Below are positions 12,203-26,954 of a stretch of 64,000 nucleotides of DNA, one piece after another. The position numbers and the translations under genes are program-made. Each line of letters opens with the position of its first letter. Within the stretch, counting starts at the first letter, position 1. The notes below the pieces were generated by a model. The model worked only from the letters and a program-made list of their open reading frames with translations, searched no databases and was not told where the DNA came from. Origin of the DNA: Eledone cirrhosa. Lineage: Eukaryota. The stretch is from NCBI GenBank assembly GCA_964016885.1, contig OZ024741.1, positions 380,370,001 through 380,434,000 on the forward strand, in the 5' to 3' direction.

Positions 12203-15200
12203 GCAACCTTTTAGTAATAGTAGATACATTTCAACTCACTCTCTTAAAAATTAGAACACTAGGATAATGTCTTGCAATACAGTGTACAAAAAGAGAGATT
12301 TTTTACAGCTTGAATGTCTTTGACGCTAGAATTGTTCAATTAAGATTTACCTTGGGCTAAACAACATCATAAATAAAACAATATGTTTATATAAACTCCT
12401 TGAAATGTTATTAGGTATGTAATTACTTTTAAATTTGAACATACCAAAACAGTATGCATTCTACATAATTGTACACTCTGCTAATCATTAGTATTTGTGT
12501 CATGTTGAAATGCCCCCAATGCACTCTAATAGAAAGCAGTGTTGGTGCCAATCATGAGTCTGTACATTGGTAGTGTTGGTGCCAAAATAAGAAACTCACA
12601 ATAATCGGTACAGTGATAGATCAGGAACAACCACTTTAAAGCTTTCATAAAATCCACCCAGTACACACTGTAAATTGGTTTGCAATAAGAAGGTCATCTG
12701 GCTCTAGAAACCTTGCCAAATCAACAATAATGTCTGGTGATTTAGACACAAGGCCAGCAATTTTAAGGGAGGGTAATATCAATAAAATCGGTCCAAGTAC
12801 TTGATTAGTACTTTATCTTATCAAGCCTAGAAGGATGAAAGACAAAGTTAACCTCACTGGGATTTGAAAGCAGAACAAAGCATGTCTGTCTTTGTAATGA
12901 ATATTCCAACCACTTGACAACAACAACAACAATAATAACAATAGTAATGGTGATGATAATAATAATAATAATAGTAATAATAATAATAAAGTGAATATAA
13001 CAGTGTTCTTGAATGCTAAATAAATAGTGGGTCTCTGCACCAATATAACTGTGAATCAATACAGTAATAAATACAGTGACCAATATGATTGATTCAATGA
13101 AATTTACCACTCTAGATTTTTACTGTCCATTAAAACAATATTTTCAATAGCGCTGTTCACAGTTCTCAGTGATTCACCATAAAGAGACTCACAAAAGTGA
13201 GTTTAATTTACAATTACTACGAATATAAAGCTGTGCTTTATTAAGTTAAACTAAAAATATCTTTAGTGTTTATGAATGTGACATCAGAAATAGACTTAAA
13301 TGTCTATAGTAGCTATTTTTAGTTGTTGTTGCTGTTGGTAGGGATGGTGGTTGAGAATTTTAACCCCTGGTCATAAACAAGTGTACAAGTTTATGATAAA
13401 ATTAAACATGCTATGAACATACAGTCCTTTATTTCCAGATATACTAGATTAAGTGCTATAATGTAAGAATGCCTTTTTTCTGCTATTATAAAGTGGCTAG
13501 AGTACAATTTACTGAAAATCTGGCTACCCTTTCTAACAAATTAAATGACCATATTTATGTTCCCCTATTGTATTAATTCATAGATTATTTATATATTCCG
13601 TCAATGGAAAGTATCTTAATTCAAGTGTTCAGTTGAGGAATAATCATTAAAATAGGCTTAATATCAACCTAGGGTGTGTCCACGTTTGTATATGGTCTAA
13701 TCAGTTTAGAGGGCCGCAGAAGGCTATGCTGACATCCCCTTCATCTAGACCAATCTAAAATACTGTAGTAGAAACATAGATAGGGAATATTATAGATGGC
13801 TAGAAACTCATGCATACATACAGCTCTAAAATATTTTTTATGATCAAAGTGATCTATTTTGAACCAACTACTTGTATATTAGTTCTCAGTTTGAAAGCTA
13901 TACATTTGCAATCCAGGAACTGGAAATACAAATGAAATACTAAATACAGAAAAGAGACATGCAGACAAAACAACTAGATAAGTAAACATGCAGACTCTGG
14001 AATAAACATCAAATAAGTCATCCACATCATATGCAACTACTTGAAAATATCATTAATATTATCTCTGTATGAGGCATGATATAGTGGTCAAAGTACTACA
14101 CAATGCAATCCATAGAAAGGATAATCCAGAGTATAAAAATATAAAAATTATAGCAATGTGGAGGGCATACAAACCCATAATATGAGTACTGGTTGAATGT
14201 TCCAGTCAAAATCCCCATGAAATGTATAAATAATTGACCAGATATAATGATATTGTAGAGAGAAAAGAGGATATACACAGTAGTGGAAACCAGGTGGCTG
14301 GCAGGTGTTGTTATAATGTTAAAGATTTGTAAATAGGGGGATATTTATGTCAAACTAATCAGAAATCTGCTGAAGTTTCACCCTGACTATACAAATAGAT
14401 TTGTATCTGACTTAGAAGCATCCATGTCTTTAGACACACGAGTAAGTCGGGGAAGCCCAGCCTTTTCTATTCCCTGGCAGGGCAAATACACTCTTCAATT
14501 CCTTGTTCACCACTCATATATCTTGCACAATATTCTGATGCCAATTCATTTTAGGTCTTCTGCCACCTGCAACCCAGCACAATGTTTGGTTAGCGGGTTA
14601 CATTTGTAGCAGTCTGGAAAGGTGTCCACGCTAGCTAAGATGACTTTTGCAGAGATATGACAATACTGGCTGCTGATCTGTTCATTCTCTGATAAAAGCA
14701 AGCTCAAAGTGAAAAGGCAGTGGAGTCAGCACTACATTTTTAATGAGATTTTATAAGGCAATGAAACATTATCTGTGATGCCATAAAGAACGCTATTGAT
14801 TATTTAAAATACTGTGTGTATATATGAACCAGATCGACGTTTGCCACTTGCTCCATGATTTTAGAGAAATTGTATTTTGTAAATACAATTCGTCAGTTAG
14901 TGCTGCAAACAGTGTTGCGTGGAAACTAAATAAATGTTTGTATGTGTATAGTATTAGCCTACATATTATATAAGTATAATATATATTTGTACATACATAT
15001 ATATATACATACCCCAAAATTCTTAGCCTAGACACTATGTGTGTGTGTTTGTGTGTATGTAGCATCTAGGCTAACACTCTAGTGTATATGTAGAAATATG
15101 AATTTATCTTATAATTTGACTGTTTATTGTACAAATTAATGTAAATATATGTGTGTGTATGTGTGTTCACATACGATAATGTGTGTGTATACACTACAGA

Positions 15201-15651
15201 AACATATATATCAGTAAATATACACTGTAAGTTTAATAAATTCCACTGTATAGTATATGTAGACTATCAAATTACATAAAAGTGTTTATGGATTCACCAA
15301 TAACACATTGAAAATAGATAGTTAAATCATATTAAATCATTCTACTGTAGTAACAAATAGATATTGTTATATTACTATCTCATTGCATATGTGCTTTGAA
15401 GTGGAATTGTATTGATAATATCAATAAACTAACACCTTTGGTCAGTGGATAAAAAAATGTTTCTTTTCTGGTTGAGAAGTAGAATATTCTCATGCATAAA
15501 TCCAATAAATTCAATGAAAAGCAAGAGTTACAGTTGAAATTGAAGTATATGTATGAACAGCTTCCAAAGAAAGCAATATAAATACAGACATGATATTTTA
15601 TAGCCCTTTACATTGTAAGCAGCATCATCAGTGTCATTTGCCCTATAACAG

Positions 15652-16040
15652 TACATCATCATCATCATCATTTAACGTCCATTTTTCCACACTAGTGTGG
15701 ATTAGATGAGTTTTGCTGTTTTAAGAAAGGCTGGGTCAGGTATTCATGTCCTGCTCATGCAGAACTGATTTTGGCTGGATTTCTACAGCTGGATGCTCTT
15801 CCTAATGTCAACAACTTTTACAGTATGTACTGGTTGCTTTTTGTCGTGACAACTACACAACCACTTTGCAGTGTGGGATGGGTGTTTTTTGTCATGTTGC
15901 CCTCACAACTACTTTACAGTGTGGGTTAGGTGCTTTTTTTTCATGTCAGCATCATGACCACTTTCCAGTGTGGGCTGGGGACTTTGGTGGGTGAGGTGTG
16001 TGTTGGATTGGCTACACAACATACATAAATTTCACTGTGC
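15652..16040 (-). mobile_element. RTE-3'-end-derived repeat with (GAT)n tail and internal ~40-bp subrepeats
   Basis: catcatcatcatttaacgtccatttttcc..., repeated accactttacagtgtggg units. Confidence 0.65.
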
Positions 16041-16819
16041 TCAGGTTTATGGTGCCAATTTGGAGTTTGGACATTTGCCATCTTTGGAAGAAGAGGAAGT
16101 TGAGCTTGGGTGGGGCATTTGCGTGGTTGGTATGGGTGTATGCTTTCTGTAACTGAAATATAGAAGGTTTGCAAAGTTGCCTGGAAACGTGTGAATTCAT
16201 ATTTAGGGTTGTTCCATAATTTAAACCCATCCATTATATCAAAAATCTCCAAGAAGAGTTGAAAGGATAGTAGCAGTTAGCAGTTATTACCACAAGTAGT
16301 GGGTGAACGTATCTTTGTATTGCCATGGTTTTATTGGTCTAAGAAGATGAGGTGGTGGGTGAGGGGGTAGAAGGAAATTGGGAGGTAAGTGAGATAAGAT
16401 AAAATAGCCATTGTTGATGGTATACATGAAATGAAAGGAATATGTGGAATAGGACTTAAGATAGCCATTGTTGATAGAATAAATTGAATAGAATAGAGCC
16501 AAGACTGAAATAAATACAATGTCCAAGTAAGCCATGTAAATTCTTATTAATAGGGAAGAAGAGAGATTTTGGAGTTTGTAAATTACAGGTGGACATGAAA
16601 CGGAATTGGAGAAGGTTAAATACGTGAAAAAACAGGCAAAAATTTGAGATGCAATAAAATGATATGTGTCACCTTTGATTCTAGTAACTTATATGATGGG
16701 AAGCTAATATAGAAAAATAGAAAGAAGGAGAGAGAGTGAAAAATAGGGAAGGGGCAATGGGGTGAGATACGGCTGACTAATACATGTACACTTTATATAT
16801 ATATATATATATATATATG

Positions 16820-19225
16820 TACGTAAAAGGTAAACAGAAATAAAAACACAATCGGTACAGTATATGGAAGGAATATAAATATATTAGGTTAACGCCTGAT
16901 ATAGCAGGAAGAGGGTCTTAACGTTTCGGACGCTAGTCCTTCATCAGAAGAAAGAATGAGAAATAAGATAGATTGAGGGGACGGGCGGGTTGGAATTGGA
17001 AAACATGTCTTTAGATAAAAAATAACAGGTCCATACGTGTTGACATCTCTTGCAAAACTATCGGTATGATTTTTTTTTTTAGAAAAGTGGATGATGGCGC
17101 GCGTCTACCTGAAATGGAAAAAAAAAAGGTTTGTAAAAATTGCTATACTTGTGCACATGCACAAGCATGTGTGTGTGTGTGTTATTGTATGCCCGTACGA
17201 AACTAAGAAGAAATGTGTGGGATATGTGAGTAAAAGAGTGTGTCTGCATGTAAGTACAAAGCTATGAGCAAAAGTATGTTAATATAAGGGTGTGTATGTG
17301 TGTATACAGAGCAGTGAAAGGAAAAGTAGAGTGAGCATATATAGACGGCTTGTATTAGTTGTAAGAGAAGATGTTAATGATCAAGAGAAAGTGATAGAAA
17401 TCTAGGAGTGTGATAGAGAAATTGGGGAGGTGATTTGAGTCCAAGAGAGGAATAGGACCAAAGGCGGTGAATCAGACTTTGTTCAGTCCTGGTGCGTGAA
17501 GCCTGTGATCAATGATGTAAAAGGACACCCAGGACTGAAACATGTAGGGAAGAATGACCAGGAGAACGGAAATGACGGGTGAGAAGTGTATCCAAACCGT
17601 GTCTATGTCCCTCAAATATTCGGCAAAACGGTCCGCCATACGGCGTCTCATTTGTCCGATATATAAAGACCCACAAAGGGATCACCAGAGGGCATAGACA
17701 ACGTGGGTGGATGTGCTGGTGAAGGAATGGCGGATATGGAAAGACCCGTTAGGGCCTGTAAGAGTGGTGAGGTTGGAAATAAAGGGACAAGTGTTGCAGC
17801 GGGAACGGGAACAAAGATGAGAGCCAGGTGGAGTCGTGGGAGAGGAAGAGAACGAACTGCGAAGCAGGAGGTCGCGGAAGTTGCGACACGCTTAAAACCA
17901 GTAATAGGTGGATTTAGAAAAATGCGAGAAGTGACGGGGTCAGAAGAGAGGATACGGAAGGAACAGGGGATATGTCGCCGGAGTGGTAGGGTGATGGGTT
18001 GGTAGGTGAGGGCGGCGGTGAGGTGAGAGGGTTGTGGTTCAGTCTGTTTCACAGGCGCGGGTGAGAGCAGCTTGGATCAGGGTGGGGGATATCCACGCTG
18101 GATGAAGAAGGAAGCCATGTGAAGGGAAATGGTTTTGAAATCGTTGTCCTGGCTACAGGGTGTTTCGTGTGGATTGGATAGCAGGAGATGAAGTCGAGAT
18201 ACGATTGGGAGTCTGTTGGTTTAATGAAGATGGAAGTAGAGAGGTTGTGGTGAGAGTGATTAATAGATAGAGAGGTATCTAGAAAAGCGAAAGAAGAATC
18301 GGAGGTGGAGGCGAGAGCAGGATGGAAAGATTGGACAAAAGAAAGAAAACAGTCGAGCTGTTCTCGTGATAGAGAGGTGGTGCCGATACAGTCGTCGATA
18401 TAATGACCGAATAGCTCAGGAGTCGGTCCAACATACTGGGAGAAGATATGCGCTTCGACATAGCAAACAAACAAATTTGGCATAGTTTGGACCCATTCTG
18501 GTACCCATCGCTACCCCAGAGATAAAATTCACCTGAAAAAGAAAATCCATTGAGGCTGAGAACAAGCTCAGCCAGACGGAGAAGAGTGGTAGTGCTGGGG
18601 TAAGGGGTAGGGTGTAAATCTAAAAAATGTTGGAGAGCGCGAAGGCCGTGATCATGAGGGATGACGGTATAGAGAGAGGTGATGTCCAGGGTAAAGAGAA
18701 GGCAGGAGCGACTTGGAGGGAAGGAGAAAGGGTTGTAGAGTCTACGGGCATGTTTTGTATCGTGGATGTTGAAAGGGAGATTGCCGACCAACGGGGCAAC
18801 GATGGTGTCGAAATATTCAGAAATTATCTAGGTGGGGCAGTTGCACGCAGAAAAGATAGCAGGGCTGGGATTATTTTGTTTGTGTATTTAGGGGAGGAAG
18901 TAGATGGTGGATGTGCGAGGGGTGCGTACAATAAGGTTGGTGGCTGTGTGGGGGGGGGGGGGTAGGAGAGAGGAGATGAGCTCGTGGATGGTGGAGCACA
19001 TGAGTTGTTGGCAGCCAAGATTGGGGTCGGAGGATAAAGGGTGGTAAAAAGGATATTGTGAAGCTGGGGGAGTGCCTTAGCCCTATAGAGGTCAGTGCTC
19101 CAAACCACCACAGCACGACCTTTGTCAGCGGGTTTGATGACAATATCATCGCAATGCCGAAGGTTGCGAAGAGCGGAGAGCTCAGTCTGCGTAATGTTAG
19201 AGCGACGAGAATGCTGGTGCAAATG
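16820..19225 (-). mobile_element. Penelope-like element (RT + GIY-YIG, frameshifted) with 3' non-coding repeat, between (TA)n tracts
   Basis: DIVIKPADKGRAVVVW, LLFTLDITSLYTVIPHDHGL, HYIDDCIG, FAFLDTSL, IKPTDSQSYLDF. GIY-YIG-like region at ~17480-17800. Confidence 0.88.
16916..16951 (-). ncRNA. Minimal type I hammerhead ribozyme in the PLE 3' repeat
   Basis: Minus strand reads UCUU-CUGAUGA-A-GGAC(UAGC)GUCC-GAAA-CG-UU^AAGA. Stem I UCUU/AAGA, palindromic loopless stem III. Confidence 0.85.
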
Positions 19226-19659
19226 GAAATATATATATATATATAAGTATATATATACACACATATATATGTGTATATAGACACAATATTTACACATATA
19301 TATATATACAACATATACATACATATGTATCATATAAACCTATCAATACGATCAGATGTATCAACTCAGTGTCCCATATATCTAGAAAAAATCAAATATA
19401 AAAAATTGGCATATATCTGTTTGTGTTAGTCATCATAGCAGAGTATATATTAAAGAAAGAAGAGAATACAGTGCTTTATGAAATAGTATTCAGAGATTTT
19501 ATTTCTATAAATGTAAGACTTATATCCAACAGCCTATCAACCTAGAGATAGTTAACACACACACACTATACCATCAAGTCTAACATGTTGACTTATGACC
19601 AGTAAGAATGAATAATGATCTAACAAGGTACACATTAATCCAGATTGATGTCAGGTTAC

Positions 19660-19915
19660 ATGGGACAGTTAAATTTTGTATTATCATGTTTCTAATGAAA
19701 GGCACTACTGATGATTCAAATAATTTTGAATATAATTAAACATTTTTGAGAGATTTAGTAATATAACAAATATTTTCATTATTAACTGTTCGTAACATAA
19801 CCTCTCCTTACATAAATGTATAATGGAAGATTTTTCAATAGATATAAACACTTTAAAATACAGTTATCATAGAATCGGGGGTAGTTTCAGGCAATTTGGT
19901 ATCAAAAAGGCTAAA
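19660..19915. mobile_element. Decayed piggyBac-like MITE (~250 bp family)
   Basis: Shares internal motifs (tttctaatgaa, gatttagtaatataac, taaacactttaaaa) with copies at 24280-24510, 26955-27483, 28669-28870 and 31262-31529. Confidence 0.5.
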
Positions 19916-21683
19916 CCAAACAGAGTAACTGAACCCTAACATCCTGTCGCATGATAAAATTATATTTTGCAGGAAAGAAAGAAATAGTTAAACAAGAAGA
20001 ATTCCAGGAAAATGATAATCTTTTTAGTTTTGTCATGTGTGAAAGAACCTGAATTAAGGAAAAGAAATGATTTTAGATAGAACAGATCTTTAGTTTTACC
20101 AGGCCCAAGGGATCTTCTCTTGCTGGGACCATGATAAAATGTCTCCAGCATTTCATGTATAGCGTTTGTTCATCAAGCTACAAAAACCATTTGAAAATTG
20201 AGAGAGTGGGAAATAACCCTTAACTTATCTAGAGGAACAGTAAATCTGAATAAAAACATCCATGGACCATGAGGACCTGCCCAACACATGCTAGCATAGA
20301 AAAGCAGGCATAAAATAGTGATATTATGTGTGTATGTGTGTATGTTAATGTTGTTGTTGCTGTGCATTGTATCTACATAGGTTTAACTAGCCTCTATGCA
20401 GTTGCATCTCATATTCATTTTCTTGGATGTTTGAATGATAGAGGCCCCACCTACCTTGTCAGCATTTTTCTGATGACTGTCAATATTATTTCAATTCCAA
20501 ACACACAGAGTCACAACAGATACGACTAAGCTTCTAATCTAAGGGTCTAAGGATTCCACTAATCGATTTACTTCAATTGGTATACTATTGACTCTGAAAT
20601 TATGAAAGGCAAACTTGATCTTGTTGAGATTTAAATTCTAAGTATGAAAAGCCAAAACAAATACCACAGGGAATTTCAGCATCACTTTAATGTCAATTGA
20701 GTAGTATATAATTTTAGAATGAGAAGAGAACTACAAAACAAAAATATAATGAATAACATTTATGTTTTAGATAGAATTAGAAAACATTCCGAATCCTTTC
20801 ATATTCTGAAGAGAAAACAATTAAGCATGTACTAAAGACAACATTGAAATTATGAAATTTCTTTAAAATTATTCATACCTCCTTTTGAGTTTCCCTGTAT
20901 GAATTAAATGTTCTTACAGTGAAGTCCAACAAAGAGTAATAATTAAATCCCTTGGCTGTAAGCAGTCATTTTCTGACATAAATGCTTTTATCTCTGCATA
21001 ATTCTCTTTGCTAAATATCTTTTCATGGTACTGGAAATCAATACTTAAATAGTGTCACACGTGCACATTCATGCAGAAACATACTCAAATGCACACATAT
21101 GTAGAAACATAGAAACATGCACAAACAGAAACCTCCTCAAACCAACACACAGACATGCATCATGTTTTATCAACATGAACAACAAAACATAATTGTCAAC
21201 CCATGGTTATTAAAAAAACGTTACAGTGTGGAAAATATTTTATTACCCTTATTTCATTATTAATATGTGCTTCAATTATAAGAGTGCAACTAAGTTTCTA
21301 AACAAAAATATTTCACCAATGTCTCTTAATTTTAACCAAAAGCAAAAATCATTATCAAATTATTTTTCCCTGTAACAATATTTATTGCTGGCTTTTCTAT
21401 TGCTTTCCTGTTGTCGTATTTTATGAAGCAGATAGAAGCAGCATTGCTATTTCAGGTCTTATAATGATTATTTCAAGTTTAAACATATGTGCACATGTAT
21501 GATTGTATGTTTAAAAATCTGCTTCACAACCATGTGGCTTCAGTTTTGATTTCTTAATAAGACACCTTGGGTATTTTTTTCTAGCATAACTTTGATTTAT
21601 CCTGTAATATCGATATTTCTCTCTCTCTCTCCATGTATACATACATATAAATATATTATATATATATATATATATACATACAC

Positions 21684-21715
<32 letters not shown>

Positions 21716-23085
21716 CTATATATATCTTTATAGATTTCTGTATGTATGTATTTGTATATATGTATGCGTGTTTGTGTATATATGCCATCATTGTCATTTT
21801 AAAGTCTGCTTCATTTGGTAGCAACAGTTGGACAAGTCCATATAGAGCAAATCAGTACTGAAATGAAGTCAGTGATCTTCCACGCAGACCAGGGACCTGT
21901 GCACTTATGAACGGTCTCATGTTCTATTGCTTGCTCAAGAGAGATGGTCATACGTTTGACACAACTAAGGTATGTTTGGCAAGATTGATATGGCTGAATG
22001 CCCTTCCTCTCACCAACCACTTTGCAGGATGTACTGCATGCATTTATCATGTAGATCACTAAAAACAAAGGGAATGTTGTCATGCCTTTGAAACAACGGG
22101 AGGGTCGCCCACCTTTTGTATATATATATATATATATATATATGCGTTGAAAATAAATGGGAACATTGATTAGTAATATTTCAAGAATATGCTGTAATAA
22201 TAGCAGATTTTAGTTCAGATGAAAAATATTTATAGAAATTATAGAAAAGGTGACTGTCTTATAGTTTCATTTTATATAGAACACGGTTATATTATAGTGA
22301 CAAGTTATTTCAGCTGAAGAATGAAAAACATTTAAATGAATGATAGATAAGGCAACTGTCTTTTTAGTTTAATTTTATATAGAACATGGCTGTAATAGTG
22401 ACACATATTATTTCCGATAAAGAATGAAGAATATCTAGATAAATTATAGAAAAATTACACTTGCAAACAAAAGAATTATTTGTTCTGGTTTGGTTTGGTT
22501 TTTCGAACTGACATTGCAATAATGCAATATTATTGTTATTGCAATATTTTTAACTGACATATACCATTCCTAATTTAAACATAAATGAAACCTTTAAAGA
22601 AAGAATTTGAAACCAACAAACATCTGTCAAGGTAGCATCCGACTATTACATTAAAATGATATTACTAGTTACATTGCAAATAACAATACCACGTGATCTG
22701 GCATGTTGTCTAGATTGTATTTTTGTGTTCAGTCTAAAGCAAATGTGGGTAGAAAGGTTTTCAGATCAGGGCTTATAATAAATGAAACCTTGATTATACA
22801 AGGGCATGGAAACTGTTTGGTTTATAATTACTATAATGTCTTTCATCATATCTTATGTAAAATAAGATATGTTTTATTTTTTTCATCGTGTGTGTTTTTA
22901 TTGAGAGGTTTAGTCCCCAGTCATTTAAGACAGTGCAAACATTTACTGTTTAAAATACTGCACCTGGACAAACTTTCATTTTTTACCAATTGAAATAATC
23001 TCACATTTTGGGGATTCTTTTAATGATATGAAACATTAATCTATTTCAGTCAACTGCAGAAACAAGATTGTATTTTTATATAGAA

Positions 23086-24144
23086 CTAGCAGCAGTACCC
23101 AGGGTTGCCTGGTTAGGTAAAATGATATCTGCTTTGATGAAAAGGTGTTGATCTTAGCGACTTCGAGTTTCTTGAAAATCGGTCGTAAGGTGTAGCAAAT
23201 GGCGAAATGTTCAGTGAAATCATATGGAATATGTGGGAGGTGGAAAAAATCGTATTTTGAAGAGTTAAACGGCTGCCACGCCGTCCCTGAACAAAAGAAA
23301 AATGCAAAGTCTAAAGCTACTATAAGATGTGCAATGATAGGTTCTATCGTAGTATAAAAGTTGAACCAAATAAATTGATTTATGTGAGAGCTGGAGCCGA
23401 AGTTTCGAATTTGAACGAAATCGGTTGAAAAGTGTGGGAGATAATGATAGGTTCTATCGTAGTATAAATGTTGAACCAAATAAATTGATTTATGTGTGAG
23501 GTGGAGCCGAAGTTTCGAATTTGAAAGAAATCGGTTGAAAAATGTGGGAGTTAGAGCCGAAAAGGCGGAAATTTGAGAGAAAAGGTGGTATTTTAGAATA
23601 TTTAAGCGTCTGCCACGCCATTTCTGAACAAAAAATCCATAATGTAAAGCCACTTTAAGATGTGAAATAAAGCAGATCTAGCGTAGTGTAAAATTTGAAC
23701 AAAGTAGGTTGATTAATGTGGGAGCTAGAGCCAAAAAAGTGGAAATTTGAGTCTAAAAGTGTTATTTTTGAATATTTAAGCGGCTGCCACGCTGTCCCTG
23801 AAAAACAAATGCAAAATATAAAGCCTTACAGCATGTGCAATGATAAATTCTATTTTGCTTTAAATTTTGAACGAATTCGGTGGCAAAATGTGGGAGCTAG
23901 AGCCAAAAATCTTATTTTTCGATACTTAAAAAAGGGTGACTCTCCCCCCCCCCCCCCCTATCAATTTTTATCTGCAGAATGACCCCGGAATAACAGAAAC
24001 CATATGCTGATATATAGAAGAAAACACTCCCCGATGACTAATCTATGAGCATGTAAAGTTTCATGAAAATCGGTCGTAAGATGTAGGCCCCTATAGGTAA
24101 TACACAGACACACACACACATACTTAATTTTATATATATACAGA
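23086..24144 (-). mobile_element. Complete non-autonomous Helitron (Lep1/HINE-like architecture)
   Basis: Minus strand begins A^TC-TGTATATATA then (TG)n, and ends with a CCAGG/CCTGG hairpin, then CTAG^T. No TSD. Internal ~110-bp tandem subrepeats (tgataggttctatcgtagtataaa at ~23335 and ~23445). Confidence 0.85.
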
Positions 24145-25198
24145 TTTTGTTGTCCATAATCATATGTTGATAAGAATAATAAAAAATGTTTGTTCGCAGC
24201 ATTCCATATTCCATTACATCTGTAGGACAGATGAAATGGTTTTATGGGCCAGATTTAGTCTACAGACTAAAGTGTACCATACCCTAGCATAAAACGTGAA
24301 ATTAACCTTTATTTCGAAAATAATCAACAATTTCGATGGATTTAGTAAAATAACTTTCCCTTTATTAAAATGGTGTTTGAAACATAAAGATTCATAGATA
24401 AAATTATGATGGAATGTTATTATATTATTATAATCACTTTAAAAGAAACAGTTTTATATTTTAAAACGAGGGCTGGTTTCAAACCGTTTGTAATAAAAAC
24501 ACTTAAATGACTACTCAACTTTCAATAGAAGGTCTAACGGATTATACCAGCAGCAAATAAAACCAGCTGTATAACCAGGTTTTCCAATATAACCTATTCC
24601 ACATATGCTTCTATTGACACATGATTACAAAGCAACACAATGAAATTTATTATTATTAGAGAAGAGAGGAATGTAGATGCATACATTTATATAAAAAATG
24701 CTACTTTGTATTCAATAGAACATGAACATATATTGTATTCTGGATTTTCTGTTCTGCATTCTGTTATCTTTAGTCTCTATATTCTTACCATTTAATATTT
24801 CTTACACATTATTTACTCAAAATCAAAACTAACAACTGCAATAAATTGTCTGCTGGTGACAGTTATTGAATTTTATACACAGACAAGAAAACCAGAAGAG
24901 TTGAAACTGTATTATATCAGAGAACAATTGCAATAAGTTGGAATAAATGTGTTAGAATTAAACCAATATACAGAGTTTGTCAACACCAGAGGGACGAAAG
25001 ATGAAGTCCACTATAATAGAATTTAGAATTAGTATTTAGAGAGACATAAATAATTACTGAAAATAATATTGCTATATAGTCCCTAAAATGCTAACAATTG
25101 TTACATTTTGTATTTTACCTTTATTGTTCCACTTTTCAGAGAACTAAACAAGGAACTAGATAATATGATAAGGAAATAGTGTAGCCTTTGATTATAAT

Positions 25199-25385
25199 TG
25201 TTTCTACTTTTTGGCACAAGGCCAGCAATAACCCAGTGTATTACTGGCACTTTATTTTATCGACCCCATAAGGATGAAAGGCAAATTAACCTCGGCGGGA
25301 TTTGAACTCAGATCATAAAGGGACGTAACTCTATGCTTCAAAGCATGGTGTCCGACTCTCTACCGATACTGCCAATCCACCGCCT
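25199..25385 (-). mobile_element. Young full-length tRNA-derived SINE (Meta-domain-like) with TSD
   Basis: Minus strand has A-box-like TGGCAGTATCGG, B-box GTTCAAATCC and central gcctttcatcctt..ggtcgataaaataaagt. Direct repeat gcctttgattataat at 25184-25198 and 25382-25396. Confidence 0.9.
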
Positions 25386-26954
25386 TTGATTATAATATGG
25401 TTTACATATTCTTACAAATATAATCTTCATTACTACAGACAATGAGACAAATTATCATCTAACTAGCTTGATATCAGCAGAATAAACTCTCATATCTAAG
25501 AATGAATTTTCTAGTAATTTCAAACTAAAAAAAAAATGATAGGTCACAAAAATAAATGCCTTGTAGTATTCAGATTCATGTATACTCAGATATTTCAAAT
25601 TCCTCTGCGAAGACTTTGATTTTTACTTGTCTATGTAAATACCAGTTATATAGTGGAGTAATCCCAATCAGCTATATTTAAATGCCTTCAGGCAAGTGAA
25701 ACAATGTCAACATTATATTCTGTAGCCAATAACCTTGTCATGCAGAAAAATTAGTTTATGTTCTAAGACTGATCCTCTCTGTTTAACTCATAAGATCCTG
25801 TTATGATTTAAAAGAAAATATCTTAAAACATGTGTTTTTTAATTCTAATATTTATAATATCTTAATTAGTGAACAGATGATAAAGAAAGTTTTCAGTTTT
25901 AGAGTACATATGTTATTGCTGAATATGATACAATTATAGGTTTGTTTTATAGTTTTCAAAGATATCTTGTTTTGAGGTTTCATGTGGTACAGGACGTTAT
26001 CATTTAATACATATAATTCATATACTGAAAAAAGATCTATACAACTAAAGGGCAAATAGGAAAAAAGAAGAAATTTATAAAAGAGGGGGGGGGGGGCTGA
26101 AATATATATAGAGCTTATGAATAGCTGGAGTATTTTCAGAAGCAAATCAACTTACAAAAATTTGCAGTACTATGAGATTATTCAAAAGATAATATGGAAA
26201 TGATCTCATTGCACATGAAGTATATTTGTGAATAATTTTAATTATCTTCGCTCATATAAATCATTTTTCAAAAAATCTGTTATCGTTGTATTGCATGCCA
26301 ACTCTACTCGTTGATGGTTTAGAGACAATGAGAATAATTCATGTCTGAAATGATGTTCTGATTGCTTCTGTAAGAATATAACTGGCTACCGACATGGCCA
26401 TAGAAATGTGGGAAGAGAAATTAAAGTTTACAACTGACAATGGAGATTGCATTTTAGTCATGTTACAAAGATCAAAGAACCAAAATAGTAATTATCAAAT
26501 AGAAAACAATCAATTGATTTCTAGACAAACTAAATATAAATACATTTTCAGATCACTGACTAGATCTCAGTGCTGTTGTTCAAAGTGAATTGTATTGTAG
26601 GAACAAATGAAAATCATTGATAAAGATTTGAAAGACAATTGCTTGTTCTACAGTTCAATAATTAGAGATCAAAAAGTGAATAGGATGAGTTATTTTCGAC
26701 TTCACAAATCGCCATTAAATAATTTCAAAGAACTACTAGAAAGATTTAACCTTAGTTATTATGACAGGAAACAACACTCTGTTGAATGTCAGACTATAGT
26801 GATATTTATTTCAGTATGGTTTTCGGTTTTGGCTTTTTTTAATGTTATGATTAGATAACTATTAGATAAATATTAGTGTCACTATATATATATGGAACTA
26901 ATTCTTGGCATGAAAATATATCCTAAGGAATATATCTGCATGAAGAACATAGAG

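Noticed and set aside
14860-14930. CTGACGA followed by a hairpin on the minus strand (possible hammerhead)
   Set aside because: No GAAA after the stem and no stem I/III.
15860-16040. Regularly spaced ~40-bp repeats (also 60090-60250) resembling a CRISPR array
   Set aside because: Degenerate subrepeats of an RTE 3' end in eukaryotic DNA, with no unique spacers and no cas genes.
25280-25385. A/B boxes suggesting a tRNA gene
   Set aside because: Part of a multi-copy SINE head with no full cloverleaf.
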